A stretch of 64,000 nucleotides of DNA, taken from contig CP158636.1 of assembly GCA_050273025.1 (NCBI GenBank), positions 6,758,001 through 6,822,000 on the forward strand. The letters are read 5' to 3'. Below the pieces are notes generated by a model. That model had not been told where the DNA came from. It saw only the letters and a list, made by a program, of their open reading frames with translations, and did not search any database. Positions 1 to 11,620 of this stretch are shown here, piece by piece; position 1 is the first letter of the stretch; every line of letters starts with the position of its first letter. A program made the position numbers and the translations under genes. Origin of the DNA: Cenococcum geophilum (Eukaryota).

Positions 1-2400
1 TTATACCTAATGCAGTTATTATTATTATTCTTCTACCTAACGCGATTAGGTTAGAGTAAGTAAAAAAGATTATAAAGCTACCTTATATTCGACCTATTTA
101 TATATAAGAGAAAACAATATCCGCTAAGCTAATTAAGGATATCCGTATGGGCAGCTATATATATATCCTTATCTCCCTAGAGCTTTTAGTTAGTAATAAG
201 CTATATAAGGTTTTAATAGACCTAATATTTCGTTCCTATATTACCCTTATAGTGGTTAATAAAGTATACCTACTTACTAATTAGGGAGAGACCTTCCGTA
301 TAGCGTATATATAACTCTTTAAAGTATGTTTTGTCTTAGTTAATAAGCCTTAGTTTATATATACCGTAATACTAAACCTATTTACGTTTCGGACTATATA
401 TAAGCTAGCTAGGTTTAAACCTAATATATAAGTTATTAAAACCCTAATTAATTAGCCGGAGCTAAAGATTATATAAAGGGTTATAACCGCGCTAAAGAAG
501 AAGGACTTTCGAGCTTTTTACTTTACTATTGTTGCTACTTTAGTGTATTTATATACTACTAGTAATAGTAACTAAGGAGAAGGCGAGCAATTAAGAAGCC
601 GTTTAATATCCGCATAGTAGATATACCGCTAATAGTTTAATTAACTTTAGCTAATTCTAAAGATAATTATCTTCTTTAATTTTAAGGAGTGGATAGCTGC
701 CTATTATAATACTATTCGCAGCTAGTTAATCTATCGCGGCTATAATGCTGCTATTACTAAAGAAGCGGTGCAGAGCTACTATGTAACGCTTATAAATATT
801 AATAAAGACCGCTTATACGCTAAATACGCGCGCCTAATATCTTAAATTTAAATTTTTGTTATATTAGATGCAGTAGCATATAGTATAGATATCCTAAATA
901 TCTACCGTTCGATTTAATATAGAATACCTTACTATAAATCCTGTAATATACTAGCATAGCGGTTTAGCCGGGCAGGCTAAGGAGAAGACCTCTTAGGCGA
1001 AGTAATTTTTATAGTTAAGAGCCGCTGGCGGGGTCCTTATAATAAATTAGGTGGTTCTAAGTATATACAACCTTAGTATATAGGCGATCTTCGCGTAAGC
1101 GCGCTGCATAATAATATTCGCGGGTGATAAAACGCAGAGACTACGGATATTATAGGCGATGCTTTATCTATAGCGTTAATTAGTACTAAGTAGTTGGTAG
1201 ATATAAGAAGCGAGCGTAGGTTAAGCCCTAGTGGTTCTATAGTACGCCTACCTAAAGAGCTTATTATACTAACCCTACGCCTAAAGAAGCGGTTAACTAA
1301 TACGCAGTTATATAGTAAACTGCCATTTACCCTATAGCGGCTAGTTAAGAAGGATTAGGTATGCTTATAAGTAATATAACTTATATACTATAGAGACCTA
1401 CAATCTACTATTAGTAAAGACTTATGTTGTAGTAACTGCAACCTAGCGATATTTATAGATTGCGAGTACGATATTTATACTAGCTATAGTACGGATATTG
1501 CGAAAACCCGCTAGGAGCCTATATTAAGTAATATATAGAAGTAGTTTACATAATAGGCGGAGGCTAGGTATTAGAATATATTATAAACGCCTATAATTAA
1601 TTATATTATACTAGATAAGTAGCTTTATTGCCTCTGTAATATAGGGTAAGTTCTAGATATAGTATTATTAAGGTAAGTAATGCCTAAGTAGGATCCTAAT
1701 ATCCTTAGTAAGGAGCTTCCGTCCCTTATTAAGCTTTTAGTAAATAAGGAATAAAAGTAGAAATAGAAAGAAATAGGGTAACTTTTAGGTTCTTCTGGGT
1801 TAATTATGTAGATATTAGAGCGGTTTTCCTAAGTATTAGAGTAGTACGCTGTTATAGATAAGTGCTTATTATAGGCTCTTATACAGGCTTTATAGGTTTT
1901 AGATAAGAGATTTAAAATATTAGCGCTGTGGCAATTAGTGCCTTACTATGGCGCTAATATATTGTAGGCTAGTTAATAGTTAGCTATAAACCTCTTACTA
2001 ATAACTTAGGAAGAGGATATACTTATACCTTTGCTAACTCTTAGGTCTCTAGCTCCCACTTCTTTATTATTACCCTTATACTAGCCGTTAGATATATTTA
2101 TGCCGCTAATAACCCACTAGTTAAATATGTCTTTATTAGTACTATAAAGGCGGTTAGCGCGATTAAATAGAGGTAAATATATATAAAGAGTACTATAGGA
2201 AATTAACGGCAATGCTAATTAGTATATAGCGGGCTAATATTAGGCGAGGTTAGTTAATATTAGGCGGGGTTAGCTAATACTAGGTAAGTTTACCTTATAT
2301 CCGCTAAGTAGATATTATAACTATAGTAGCTAATATCTATTAGGATAACGCCCCCCCTTTCCCTTATACCTTATACCCCTAGTAAGCGCAACCTAGGAAC
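1..2400 (+). pseudogene. RecQ-like superfamily-2 helicase, RIP-inactivated, 5' end outside the window
   Basis: Near 140-315 the frame reads YILISLELL...LIVVNKVYLLTN*GETFRIAYI*L, which is RecQ ILxSPE...VVDEVHLxxxWGETFRxxYxxL after G>A/C>T reversion. Near 850-980 IFVILDAVAYSIDILNI and *RFSRAG match helicase-C motifs V and VI. A CCSNC zinc motif lies near 1425-1442. The 3' end is approximate. Confidence 0.85.
2229..2290. repeat. About 3 degenerate copies of a 21-bp tandem unit
   Basis: gctaatattaggcgaggtta / gttaatattaggcggggtta / gctaatactaggtaagtt. Confidence 0.7.
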
Positions 2401-2479
2401 TAAATAGATTAATTAATTAATAATATTAATTACTTAGGAATATATACTAGTACTACTAACTATAGCGGATATTAAACGG

Positions 2480-5290
2480 TTGTAGTAATAGCTTATAGCT
2501 AATATCTTATATTACTTATTAAGCAACTTATACGTAGGTTAAAGCTAGGTTTAAGTAAAGTTGGTAGGGAGTATAAAGCCATTTAGCTTATTATTATTAT
2601 TATAGAGATTAAGCTTATTAAATACGGCGGAAAGATTACCGCCTAGCTATAAATTAAACTTATTAAGGGTAGATTGATTAAGTCGTTTAATACCTAGTTA
2701 TAGTAGAGGCGGCGCTTCTATTTTTACTCGCTATGCCTAATAGCGGATAATAGAACCTTTAGCAATTGCATTAGTAAGCAATTAGATATCCGCTGCAGGA
2801 GATTTAATAGTATGTTAAGTAGACATCCATTTACTAAATATAATCTTAAACTTTATACGTAGTGGCCCTATATAATTAGTTATATAAATACTCTAGCGGA
2901 AGAGTAAGTTTAGGTTAAATATTAAATTGCTATAAGTGTGCATAAGCTACTTTAGCTCCCTATTAAGTAGCTTATTATTAAGATCTATTAGGTAGTAACT
3001 ATCCTATTCGCTATAAATATTTACTAAACTATTTACTAAGATAGCTTACTAAAGCTTAGGGGAATAAGCATCTATTAAAGTTAACTAGAAGAAACGTAAT
3101 ATCTTTAGTAGATAGTTTTTATTTTAACTACTTATAAAATAGATATAAATGCGGGGGAGTACGCGGCTAAGTAGGCCAATATTTATAAGCTTAATGGCGT
3201 GCTTAAGGACCTTATATATCTTTACTAGTTGTAAAAAGCGGACATATATTAGAAACTCTGTATTAGTAAGCTTAGGAAGTGTTTATAAGGATATAGCACT
3301 GCTAGCCTACTTAAGGTAACCCTTTTGCCGTAGTTCCGTAGGTTAGCTGGTATAGTTAGCCGCCTAAGAGACTTTCTAACTAAAAACCGCTATATGGATA
3401 TCCTCGACCACTGCTAATAAATATTATAGAGATAGGCTTTTAAGGTACTGCTTAATATTTATAGGCGACTTAGTATTATAAGACTTCTTAATCTAAGTAT
3501 AGAGTAACGCTATAATACGAGCGTCGAAGCTATAGAGAATTAGCTCCTCCATATAATAAAATAGCGCGCGCTTAGCTAGGATATTTCTTTAACCTAGGTG
3601 GTTTATATAGCATATAGCGTAGAGTACTCTTAGGCTAATTACTTGCCACTATAGTAATACTATATAACTATATATAGGTAGTTTAGCTTTAGGTACTAAA
3701 GAGCTAAAATAGGTAAAGCCTAACACAGGCTATTATAGGCGGATATTAACTTAGTACGTTTTCCCTAATATAACCGAATAAGCTTTATAGTCTTTTAATT
3801 ACTATAGATTAGAAATAGTTGCTCCTTAAATACTTTATTAGTATATTATAGATTTATTTAATAGAGAAAAATATTGTCTAGTACCTTATAGGTTTTAGAT
3901 ATAGAAGCCTCTCTAGTTATAATAGGTCCTAGGTTAAACCTAGACGTTTATATAGCGGGTATTATATTAATAGAAGGTATACGTAGATGTTTAAACCGTA
4001 GGTTTTTGCTAAGTAATATATTAAGGCCTAGGTATGCCTCTATAATAGCTTTATAGATTAAAGCTGTTAAGATCTACTTCTATATCTTGTTTTGTAAATT
4101 ACCTAGAGCCTTTACAATATCTAAGAACTTAATTAGAATATCTGTATAAAGTATGCTCTATTAAAGCCTACTATTAAGTATACTTATACTAAAGATAGGC
4201 TTGCCAGTTATGCGTAAATAGAACGTCCTAGTATTCCTAAGTGTTTAATACTAAACTTATTAGAGGTAGTTAAAGTTATTATAGATAATAATAGTATTAA
4301 AAGCTGCACCTATTAAGCGGATTTTTACCTATATATAGGTTAGTATATACCTATATTACGGAGATTATAGGCTAAACCTTAATTCCTAGGCTATCCGCTC
4401 CTTCTGCTAGTTTAAAATAGTATAACTATTAATTAATCTAAGCCTATAGAGTATAGAAAGCATATAGCGCTTAACGCCGTTGGCTTAGAGATATATCCCT
4501 AGCAGCTATAGGATATAGTTTATAGAGTTTTATAAAAGGCCAAATATAAGCATAGAAGCTATTAGAACCGCATAGCCTTTATATAAAGAATATTTACATT
4601 AACCCTTTTAATATGCTGTAATTATATGCTCTAGTATAGGTATATAAGTCTTTACGGCTTAATAGCACTGCCTAAGGTTAAGCTACTTAATATTCGCATA
4701 TTAGTTATAGCTGTTAAATATAATAGAACCTTGTAGCAAGAACTATAATAGGCTCGTTATTAGGCTAGGTGTGTAGGTAATATAAGTTAAAGTCAATAAC
4801 ATAATAATAACTAGTGGAGTAGTTACCTAACAGATTAACTCTAATTATATTCTAAGAATTACTATAAGGAAGGAACTATCTAGGTAGGGACTAAGGGTCC
4901 TTAAATACATAACCATACTCCTATAAAATCCTTCTTATACGTAATATACGTCTTATATATAAGGTATATAAGTTCCTCTCATTCCTCCCGTTTAATATAT
5001 AGTATATTATATAACCTTAGTTACTATTCCTCGTTATATAGTTCTACTAGTTCCATCCTAGACTGTGCCTAAATTAACTAATTAGCTTCTTCTAACTCTT
5101 CCCTAAGTAGTTATAATATAGTACTTAAAGCATCTATAACACTATCTCCCTCCTCTTTATCTTCGTCCTTAAAGATTTAAAACATCTCTAAGTTATTTAC
5201 TAGAGGTATAATATCCGTCTAATTAATTTGGTTAATATCGTTACTTATTATACCTAAAGCAATTTCTTCTTTATACGCCCAACGTTGCAT
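2480..5290 (-). pseudogene. DUF6589-type protein (putative Academ-type transposase), RIP-inactivated
   Basis: Minus strand motifs: NNFNYL**V*Y*TL...ITGK (DNFDF..V.HQTL..TTG, ~4200-4290); LIYSN*KTIKLIR (LIYGDQKT, ~3775-3812); *ALPILAL*YLKLNYLYIVI*YYYSG (WxLPxPxLWHLKxN..HYG, ~3645-3725); YKVLKHAIKLINIGLL...YFISS*NKNYLLKIL (AIKxGDIG..NYxxEML, ~3095-3215). A candidate ATG lies at 5290-5288. Confidence 0.78.
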
Positions 5291-5548
5291 TAGGAAATTT
5301 TTTTTTAGGCGCGTTGTTGCAGCTGAAAATTGGGGTCTGCAAAACCTGCGTAAGTCGCGATTTTAGCGATTTGCGGTAACTTGTGGCAATTTGCTACAAA
5401 TACACAGGCTACTCGTGCAAATTGCTGCAAATTGCTATAAGCACACAGGCTACTTGTGCAAATTGCTGCAAATTGCTAAAATCGCGACTTACGCAGGTTT
5501 TGCAGACCCTAATTTTTGGCTGTAATAACGCGCCTAAAAAAAAACCTA
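5291..5548. repeat. Long inverted repeat with ~90-bp arms and a loop containing direct repeats
   Basis: Left arm ttttttttaggcgcgttgttgcagctgaaaattggggtctgcaaaacctgcgtaagtcgcgattttagc pairs with right arm gctaaaatcgcgacttacgcaggttttgcagaccctaatttttggctgtaataacgcgcctaaaaaaaaa. The mismatches are mostly transitions. Confidence 0.95.
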
Positions 5549-5562
5549 ATACTATAACTATA

Positions 5563-5620
5563 AAGCTCTGCATAAAGCTCTGCACGAAGCTCTACACGAG
5601 GCTCTGCACGTAAACTCTGT
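5563..5620. repeat. 12-bp tandem repeat, about 4.5 copies (aagctctgcacg)
   Basis: aagctctgcata aagctctgcacg aagctctacacg aggctctgcacg taaactctg. Confidence 0.9.
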
Positions 5621-7399
5621 CTAGTAGGCTCAGAGCCCTCTAAATCTGGAGGGTTTGACTGCCAGTTATAGAGGTGTCTGAGCCGGGACTCGGAAAATCT
5701 TATATCCGCAGAAAATCAAGTTTCTTAGCTAATCTTTCGGTAATCTAGTATCCTTATCCGATGTTGACCATAAAAGGACGACCTTTCCCCGTTCTTTGTA
5801 TTTTACCTTTTAATCCTCCTTCTTCTCCCAGACTTCCTAACGCCATGCTACCTCTTTATTGGATTATAATCCCTACCGTGAGGCATTTTTTATTAACTTA
5901 GCGTTAATGCAAGTGCTGCACTGCCCTTGTATTCCTAATATCCTATATCTTATGCTAATAATAGCGCAGAGCAAGCATGCTTCGGCCTCTCCTAATATTA
6001 TACCTATAGTTTGATCCTCCGATATCCAATAAGCGCTCTTATACTGCCTTTGGGCTTCTTGCCTGAAAATAACCCTTCCATATATCTGTAGCTATTTACT
6101 CCTTAAATTTGGTCTCTAGACTACCCGAACGACCCCTTTTATCTAAAAATTACTCTTCTTGAGCAATCTGAACTTGACTTAGACCTATATTGTCCCTTTA
6201 GTTCTTAGAGGTACCGCTCTACATTAGCGCAAACCGTTAGATGTTGTAATTGGTGCTATGGGGACAATTCTGTAAAGGGCTAATGTTAAGGATCCTTAAG
6301 CCGCCTTAGCTTATCCGGCGTCCCAGTGTTACTCTGTTGCATACGTTAATTAGCCGGTGCATTTATGCGTTTTTAGCTGGAAGCCTCGCTAGATTACGCG
6401 GCCACTCTAGCTTCTATGCCATCCTTTACTTAAGGCGATACCTTATAGTAGCTTATCTATAGAATATATATTTACTGCCACGTTAGCAATAGCACGAAAC
6501 GGTAATGGAGACGCTTGCGGGCGCCTTAGCTCCTTATATCGCTTTATAGGGCTTGGTTTAGCTGGCCTCTACTCTATATAATTTTAGCTAAACTCCTAGT
6601 AGGACTATGCCATTATATCTTTATCTAAGGAATACTATTGGTCCTAATCCTCTAAGTATTACTGCTAACCGCCTTTTAATATATGGGGCGGTTTTAGCGG
6701 CGTGAAGTGTAACCGCGACCTGCAATTTTAATCCCTAGTAGTATAGCTATGAATGGCCGTGGGGCTATGCTAGGTACCGCTTAAAACTATAGTCTCGTAG
6801 AGGATCTAGCACGGAAGATCTAGTTTGCTAGTATAATCGGGTTAGAAAACGGATATATTAGCGCTAGCTCTAACTCTAAGGAATAAGGGTAGAGGAGGCA
6901 CTTTGCCACTAACCTCCTTAATAAGGAGGCTTGGTGCGATGCCCCTATTAGAGGCTGAATGTGCCAGCTTAGTTGGTTGGGTCTTAATCCCAGTTTCCTA
7001 ATAGGCGTTAATTTTGCGATAGAGCTTAAGCCTATATAAACCTTTATATGTTGTAAACAGCAATTACTAATAGAGTATAGATTATACGTTTTAATTTGCT
7101 ATAGAGCTGGTAGGGTTATTCTAGTATAGATGCCGCGGATAAGAGCTAGTGGTAAAGAGGGGACTAGCTTGCACTTAAAAGCCCAGCGTAATCCCCCCTT
7201 AGAGCTATCAGAAAGGCATAAGATAATAGCAACTTTGATAATAATGGCAGCAGCAACGGTAGCACCTTCTTAACCCCTTTGTTTTTATTTAGAAATTTCG
7301 CTTAATAATAGCAAGTTCTATACTAGTCCCTCTAGAAAATGGATAGCTTTACCTTAATATTATACAGTTATAGCTTCTGAGAAAGGCGCGAGTAGTACA

Positions 7400-8847
7400 C
7401 CTTAGATAAAGCATAAAATACCCCTTTCCCCTCTAAGAAACAACCCTAGGGCGTATTAAGCTTGGCTAATTAGAGGTATGTTATTCTATATAGAGCCTTA
7501 GTCTAGAGATTTCGTCTAATAAAGTGCTTATAGACCCTAACCATGATTACGAGAATAATTATTATAAAAATTTTGAGGATAATAAGGAAGATGTCTATGG
7601 GGATACATCTAGTTAAGTTGCTAGAGGAAGCAGTTAAGGTAATTATCCCTAATAATTACTTTATTACTCTCTCCCTATTCTCCTAGTAGCTATAAATATA
7701 TATATCTAACGGCTAGCAGTGGATCCAATAGTTATTAAAGATAGTATAGCCGACCCTAACCTAGAAGCTAAAGGCGACGGAGCTGATAATAATACTGGTA
7801 ATAAAGCTGGTAAAGCCGACGATTAACTAACACCTTATGAATTAGGTATGCTTTTTTCCTCTATATAATGGCTTTGCCTAATAATTATTAGGTAACGGAA
7901 ATAACCGCAGTAATAATAATAAGGGTGAGAAGTTACCCTCTTTAGAAGAGTTTAAAGATCTCTTCGGCGCATCTGTGTATAACCATATTAAACTTATAGT
8001 GGAAAACATTAATGAAATAAACGGTCTAGTTAAGAGAACTAATGTTACAACTATTCCCTAGGCTAATCCGCTTACTAGGAAAGAGAGCGATTATAAAAAA
8101 GGGAATATTAGAGGCGAATTACTTTTAATACTAAAGAAGCGGAAGCTTAAACAGCTAGAGCGGAGTGGTATTATTAGTTATAATTCTAATAATTCTGCTA
8201 AAGATAGTAGCGGGTATAACAAGGGTGGTAAGGGCGGTAGTCTATAACCCCAGAAATAACAAAAGCCACCTACCTCTTGCGAAAATTGGGCCCCCCGGCC
8301 CCCTATCGGCCTTAACTCTTAATGCCCCTAAGTTAATTATAACGATTACCAAGCGATATCCACTATATAGCCCACCAACCCTTTACTTTAGGGGCCTACC
8401 TCTCTCCATAATGTTGAACTACTGCGTGACGAAACTAGCAACTTAAGCAAATATAATTATAGCGGCAACAACAACTAGGGCGGCGTTTTAGACTTGGAGC
8501 CTACTGTGAAGCATCATACCCCATAGCATTGTGCCCGGCGTTATTGCTATTGCTTATAGTCTATCTTATAGAGATCCCGCGCTAAAGACAATAAAGCTAA
8601 CAAAACCGTAGATAATGAATGGGAGATCTGTAAAATTCTAGAGGAAAGAATAACCGAGTTAGGGCTTAAATATAAGGTAGCTTGGATGCCTACCTAGGTT
8701 TATAAAAGCGGGCTTTTAAATGCTAAATATGCCCTTAAGTCTTACTAAAAACGCGTCTAGTACGCTAAAGTTGAATAACGGATATACTCTTCTGTAGAGG
8801 TAACTAAGGTAAAGACCAGAGCTGCCATACGGAAGGGATGGGGCTAA
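7400..8847 (+). pseudogene. Protein with acidic low-complexity N-terminus and C-terminal chromodomain
   Basis: 8611-8750 reads DNEWEICKILEERITELGLKYKVAWMPT*VYKSGLLNAKYALKSY, matching the chromodomain pattern EWEIxxIL..R....YxVxW.PTW....L.NA. The start is approximate. Confidence 0.7.
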
Positions 8848-9449
8848 TAGCTTAGTATTCTTGTGTTTTAGGTGGTAGATCTTTTACTTAGAGATCTATT
8901 TCTAGTTAAAGTCTTATTTTTAGCTGATACTATCCTACTAATTATCTTGCTTATGATATTAAAGCCAGAAGCCTAGCCCAATAACAGTATAAAACCTGCA
9001 AGAATAACCGCCATAATCTATATTCCTTACTCCTGCCGTTAAGTAACACTCATTGGGTCTTGTGTTTGGCGCTGCTTATCTACGCCTTATTGCCTCCTTT
9101 TCCTTTAGTGCTGCTTATTTCTGCCTTATTGCCTTCTTTTCTTTAGTATTACTAGTCCTGCTAGTCGCCTTATTCCTTTTTTAGGAAATATATATATAAT
9201 GCTGCCTACACAAGAGTCATGTTCTTCCTAAAAACCACCTTCCGAGGTCATTCTACGCCATGCCTTTTTTCTTATGCATATCCACGAGGCGTTTCTCTTC
9301 ATTGGCTGTCCATGGTTTCTCCTTTACAGCCTCCTCTTTGGGCTTAGGCCTTAGAATCTTATAATAGCGCCTGCATTCCTATAGTGTTCTACCTATAAAA
9401 TGTCCAGTAATTTCCTCCTATAATAATTCCTTATTAAGTTTTCCATTAC

Positions 9450-9960
9450 ATAAGCCTATAAGGAGGGCCTCGCTATTAGTTATCTATAGCACTATCTAGG
9501 CCTATAAGGTTTTATTTATAACTTTAACCTTTATAAACGAAAGTAAAGGATAAGGCTGTATATTATTTAATAAGGGAGACCTACTAGTAATACGCCCTAA
9601 AACTCTAAAGGTATGCCGAAACTTAGGTTAGGTCTTTACTTAGGTAGAAGATGATATAATTAATAAGGAAGGGGAGCTAGATAAGTAATATATAACCATT
9701 AAGATTAACTATAAGACTAAGGTTATTAAGGAGTAATATAGGTAGCTTTTAGTAAGCTATCCTATATCTCTTTCTTTTACAGTACTATACTGACGCTAAG
9801 CCTTATACAGACGCATAAGACTACTTAGCAGCGGCTCTATCCTCTAGGAAAGCGCATTATATAGCTTAATAACCTCTTTACTAGCGTTAAACTATTTTAA
9901 AGGCTTTATAAACTTAGAGTTAAAACGGCTGGAATAGTTAGAATAATAAAGATATAGAAT
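9450..9960 (+). mobile_element. piggyBac-type DDD transposase fragment
   Basis: ~9850-9945 reads KRII*LNNLFTSVKLF*RLYKLRVKTAGIVR, the piggyBac DNLFTSxxL...GTVR motif after RIP. No TIRs were identified. Confidence 0.72.
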
Positions 9961-10049
9961 AAGGAGCAAGGGCAGAATTTTGTTAATATATACTAATCCT
10001 TTAAGTTTTAAAACTCTATTAGAAGTTACGTCAAATATATAAGAATTAT

Positions 10050-11620
10050 TAAAAAGCAATCCCTAGGGATTGCGTCTCTCCGAGGAGATTGTTAATTAGG
10101 TAGGGTGTTAACTCTATACGTTTCTGCAGCCGTTATCCTTAGATGCCGGCGCTAGCCGCTTCTTACTATCGCTGGTGCCTCCTTACGTGCTTATACCTGC
10201 TAAAACAATTCCCAGCAGCTATTTCTAGCATTCCTTAGCGGACTATCTCTGCTCGGGTTCCTTGCATAATAGTCCTTTTAGCATAGACCTAAACGTCTCT
10301 AGCGCACTTGCTACGTGGACAGGGATTACATTATAGACCTAGTCATTATGCTGTCTGGGACTTAGCAGGCCATAAGAGCCCCATGCCTCTAAGTTGGGCT
10401 CCTAGTCGGTTAGAAGTTCCAGCGCAATAAGTCTAAAGGACTATATGTCAATGGCTTTAGAATAAGGTAAATTCGTTATATAGAGTTCGGGGGCCATATA
10501 TAACAATAAGCCAGTAATAGTCGTTATATTTCCCAAAGCTTTAAGTTTCAATTCTCCAAAGTCAGCAATCTTAGGAGTAAGCCCGTCGTTATTAACTCTA
10601 ATAAGGATGTTCTCCGGCTTTAGGTCCTAATAAGCAAAATCTTTATTATATATAGCAGCTATTCCGTTACAGATCTAAAGCATAAAGTTAGGAATATTAT
10701 AAGCGTCAGGTTTTATTAAGTTAAGGCTACACAGGATCCACTCCATAATCATCTATAGTGGCTACTAATTCTCTAGTAGTATTAAGTTAATTGCCTTTAC
10801 TAAGTTTGGCTAAAAGAAGGATAATTAATTAGCACTTAACGGCAACATAGTTTTAGTAGCGTTCACTTATATGCTCCCCAAGCTTAATTATATTCTTATA
10901 TTCCGCTCTTAATTCTTCCTACACCTTTCTTACTATACTATTGTTGTAGTTCCTTAAGTATAGCTCCTTGGCGGCGAAGATAACTTCGGACTTTAATTCC
11001 TATACCCTTATAACTGATATATAACTTCCTTTCCTTTCTAATCCCTATTTCTGTATATATATAGCATTATCTTTTCTAAATCTAAGATTACTAATTTAGT
11101 TCTTATTTATCTTGGCCTTAAGACTAGGGAACTGTCTTGGTAGGGAGTCTAGAAGTTCTTTAGTAAATTTTACGGCTTTTTCTTGCTAACTGCCTTCTTC
11201 CTCGCGCGATAGGATCGGACGCTATGCCTAGAAACTAGCCGTTTAAAGATTGATAGTAACTAGGTTAGAGATTTCTATAGATAATCCCTACGTAAGAACT
11301 ACTTTACGGCCGTTACCATCAATTATATAAACAGGATTTGTTAACAGCGTCTTTACTCTTAGGCGTCTTATAACTGGGCTAATATTAAACCTAATATACC
11401 GCCTGCTAATACTAGTCTTGTTATTCTTAACAAGCTAGAGGTTATATATCTTAGTTTTACTAGAAGAACCGAGGAAGCATTTATCTGGATAGTAGTAATC
11501 TCCAAAAGTTAGGGCAAAAAAGGGGCCGGTAAGCTCCTGCTCCTTAGACTGGCCTCCCTTCTAGTTCGCCAGAAAAGCATTAATAGGGGGAGTGAACTTA
11601 TATTATGAATTCTCGGACAG
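10050..11620 (-). pseudogene. Ser/Thr protein kinase with probable N-terminal FHA-like domain
   Basis: Minus strand: ICNGIAAIYNKDFAY*DLKPENILI...PKIADFG...TGLLLYMAPEL...YSKAIDI*SFRLIALELL (10410-10680). N-terminal FLGSS...ISRRYIRFNI...LLTNPV (11335-11490) resembles an FHA domain. Confidence 0.88.

Larger units (their letters stand above)
1..5623. mobile_element. AcademH-like (helicase-encoding) DNA transposon, right portion
   Basis: Convergent RecQ-like helicase and DUF6589-type gene, followed by a subterminal palindrome and a 12-bp array ending ...AACTCTGTCTA at 5623. RIP load looks lighter to the right of the coding part. Confidence 0.62.

Noticed and set aside
1..2400. Telomere-linked helicase or core SGS1 gene
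   Set aside because: No telomeric repeats are present, and pairing with a convergent DUF6589-type gene fits a transposon-borne helicase better.
5383..5613. 76-aa Cys-rich ORF
   Set aside because: Lies wholly in the palindrome and 12-bp array; a translation artefact of non-coding repeats.
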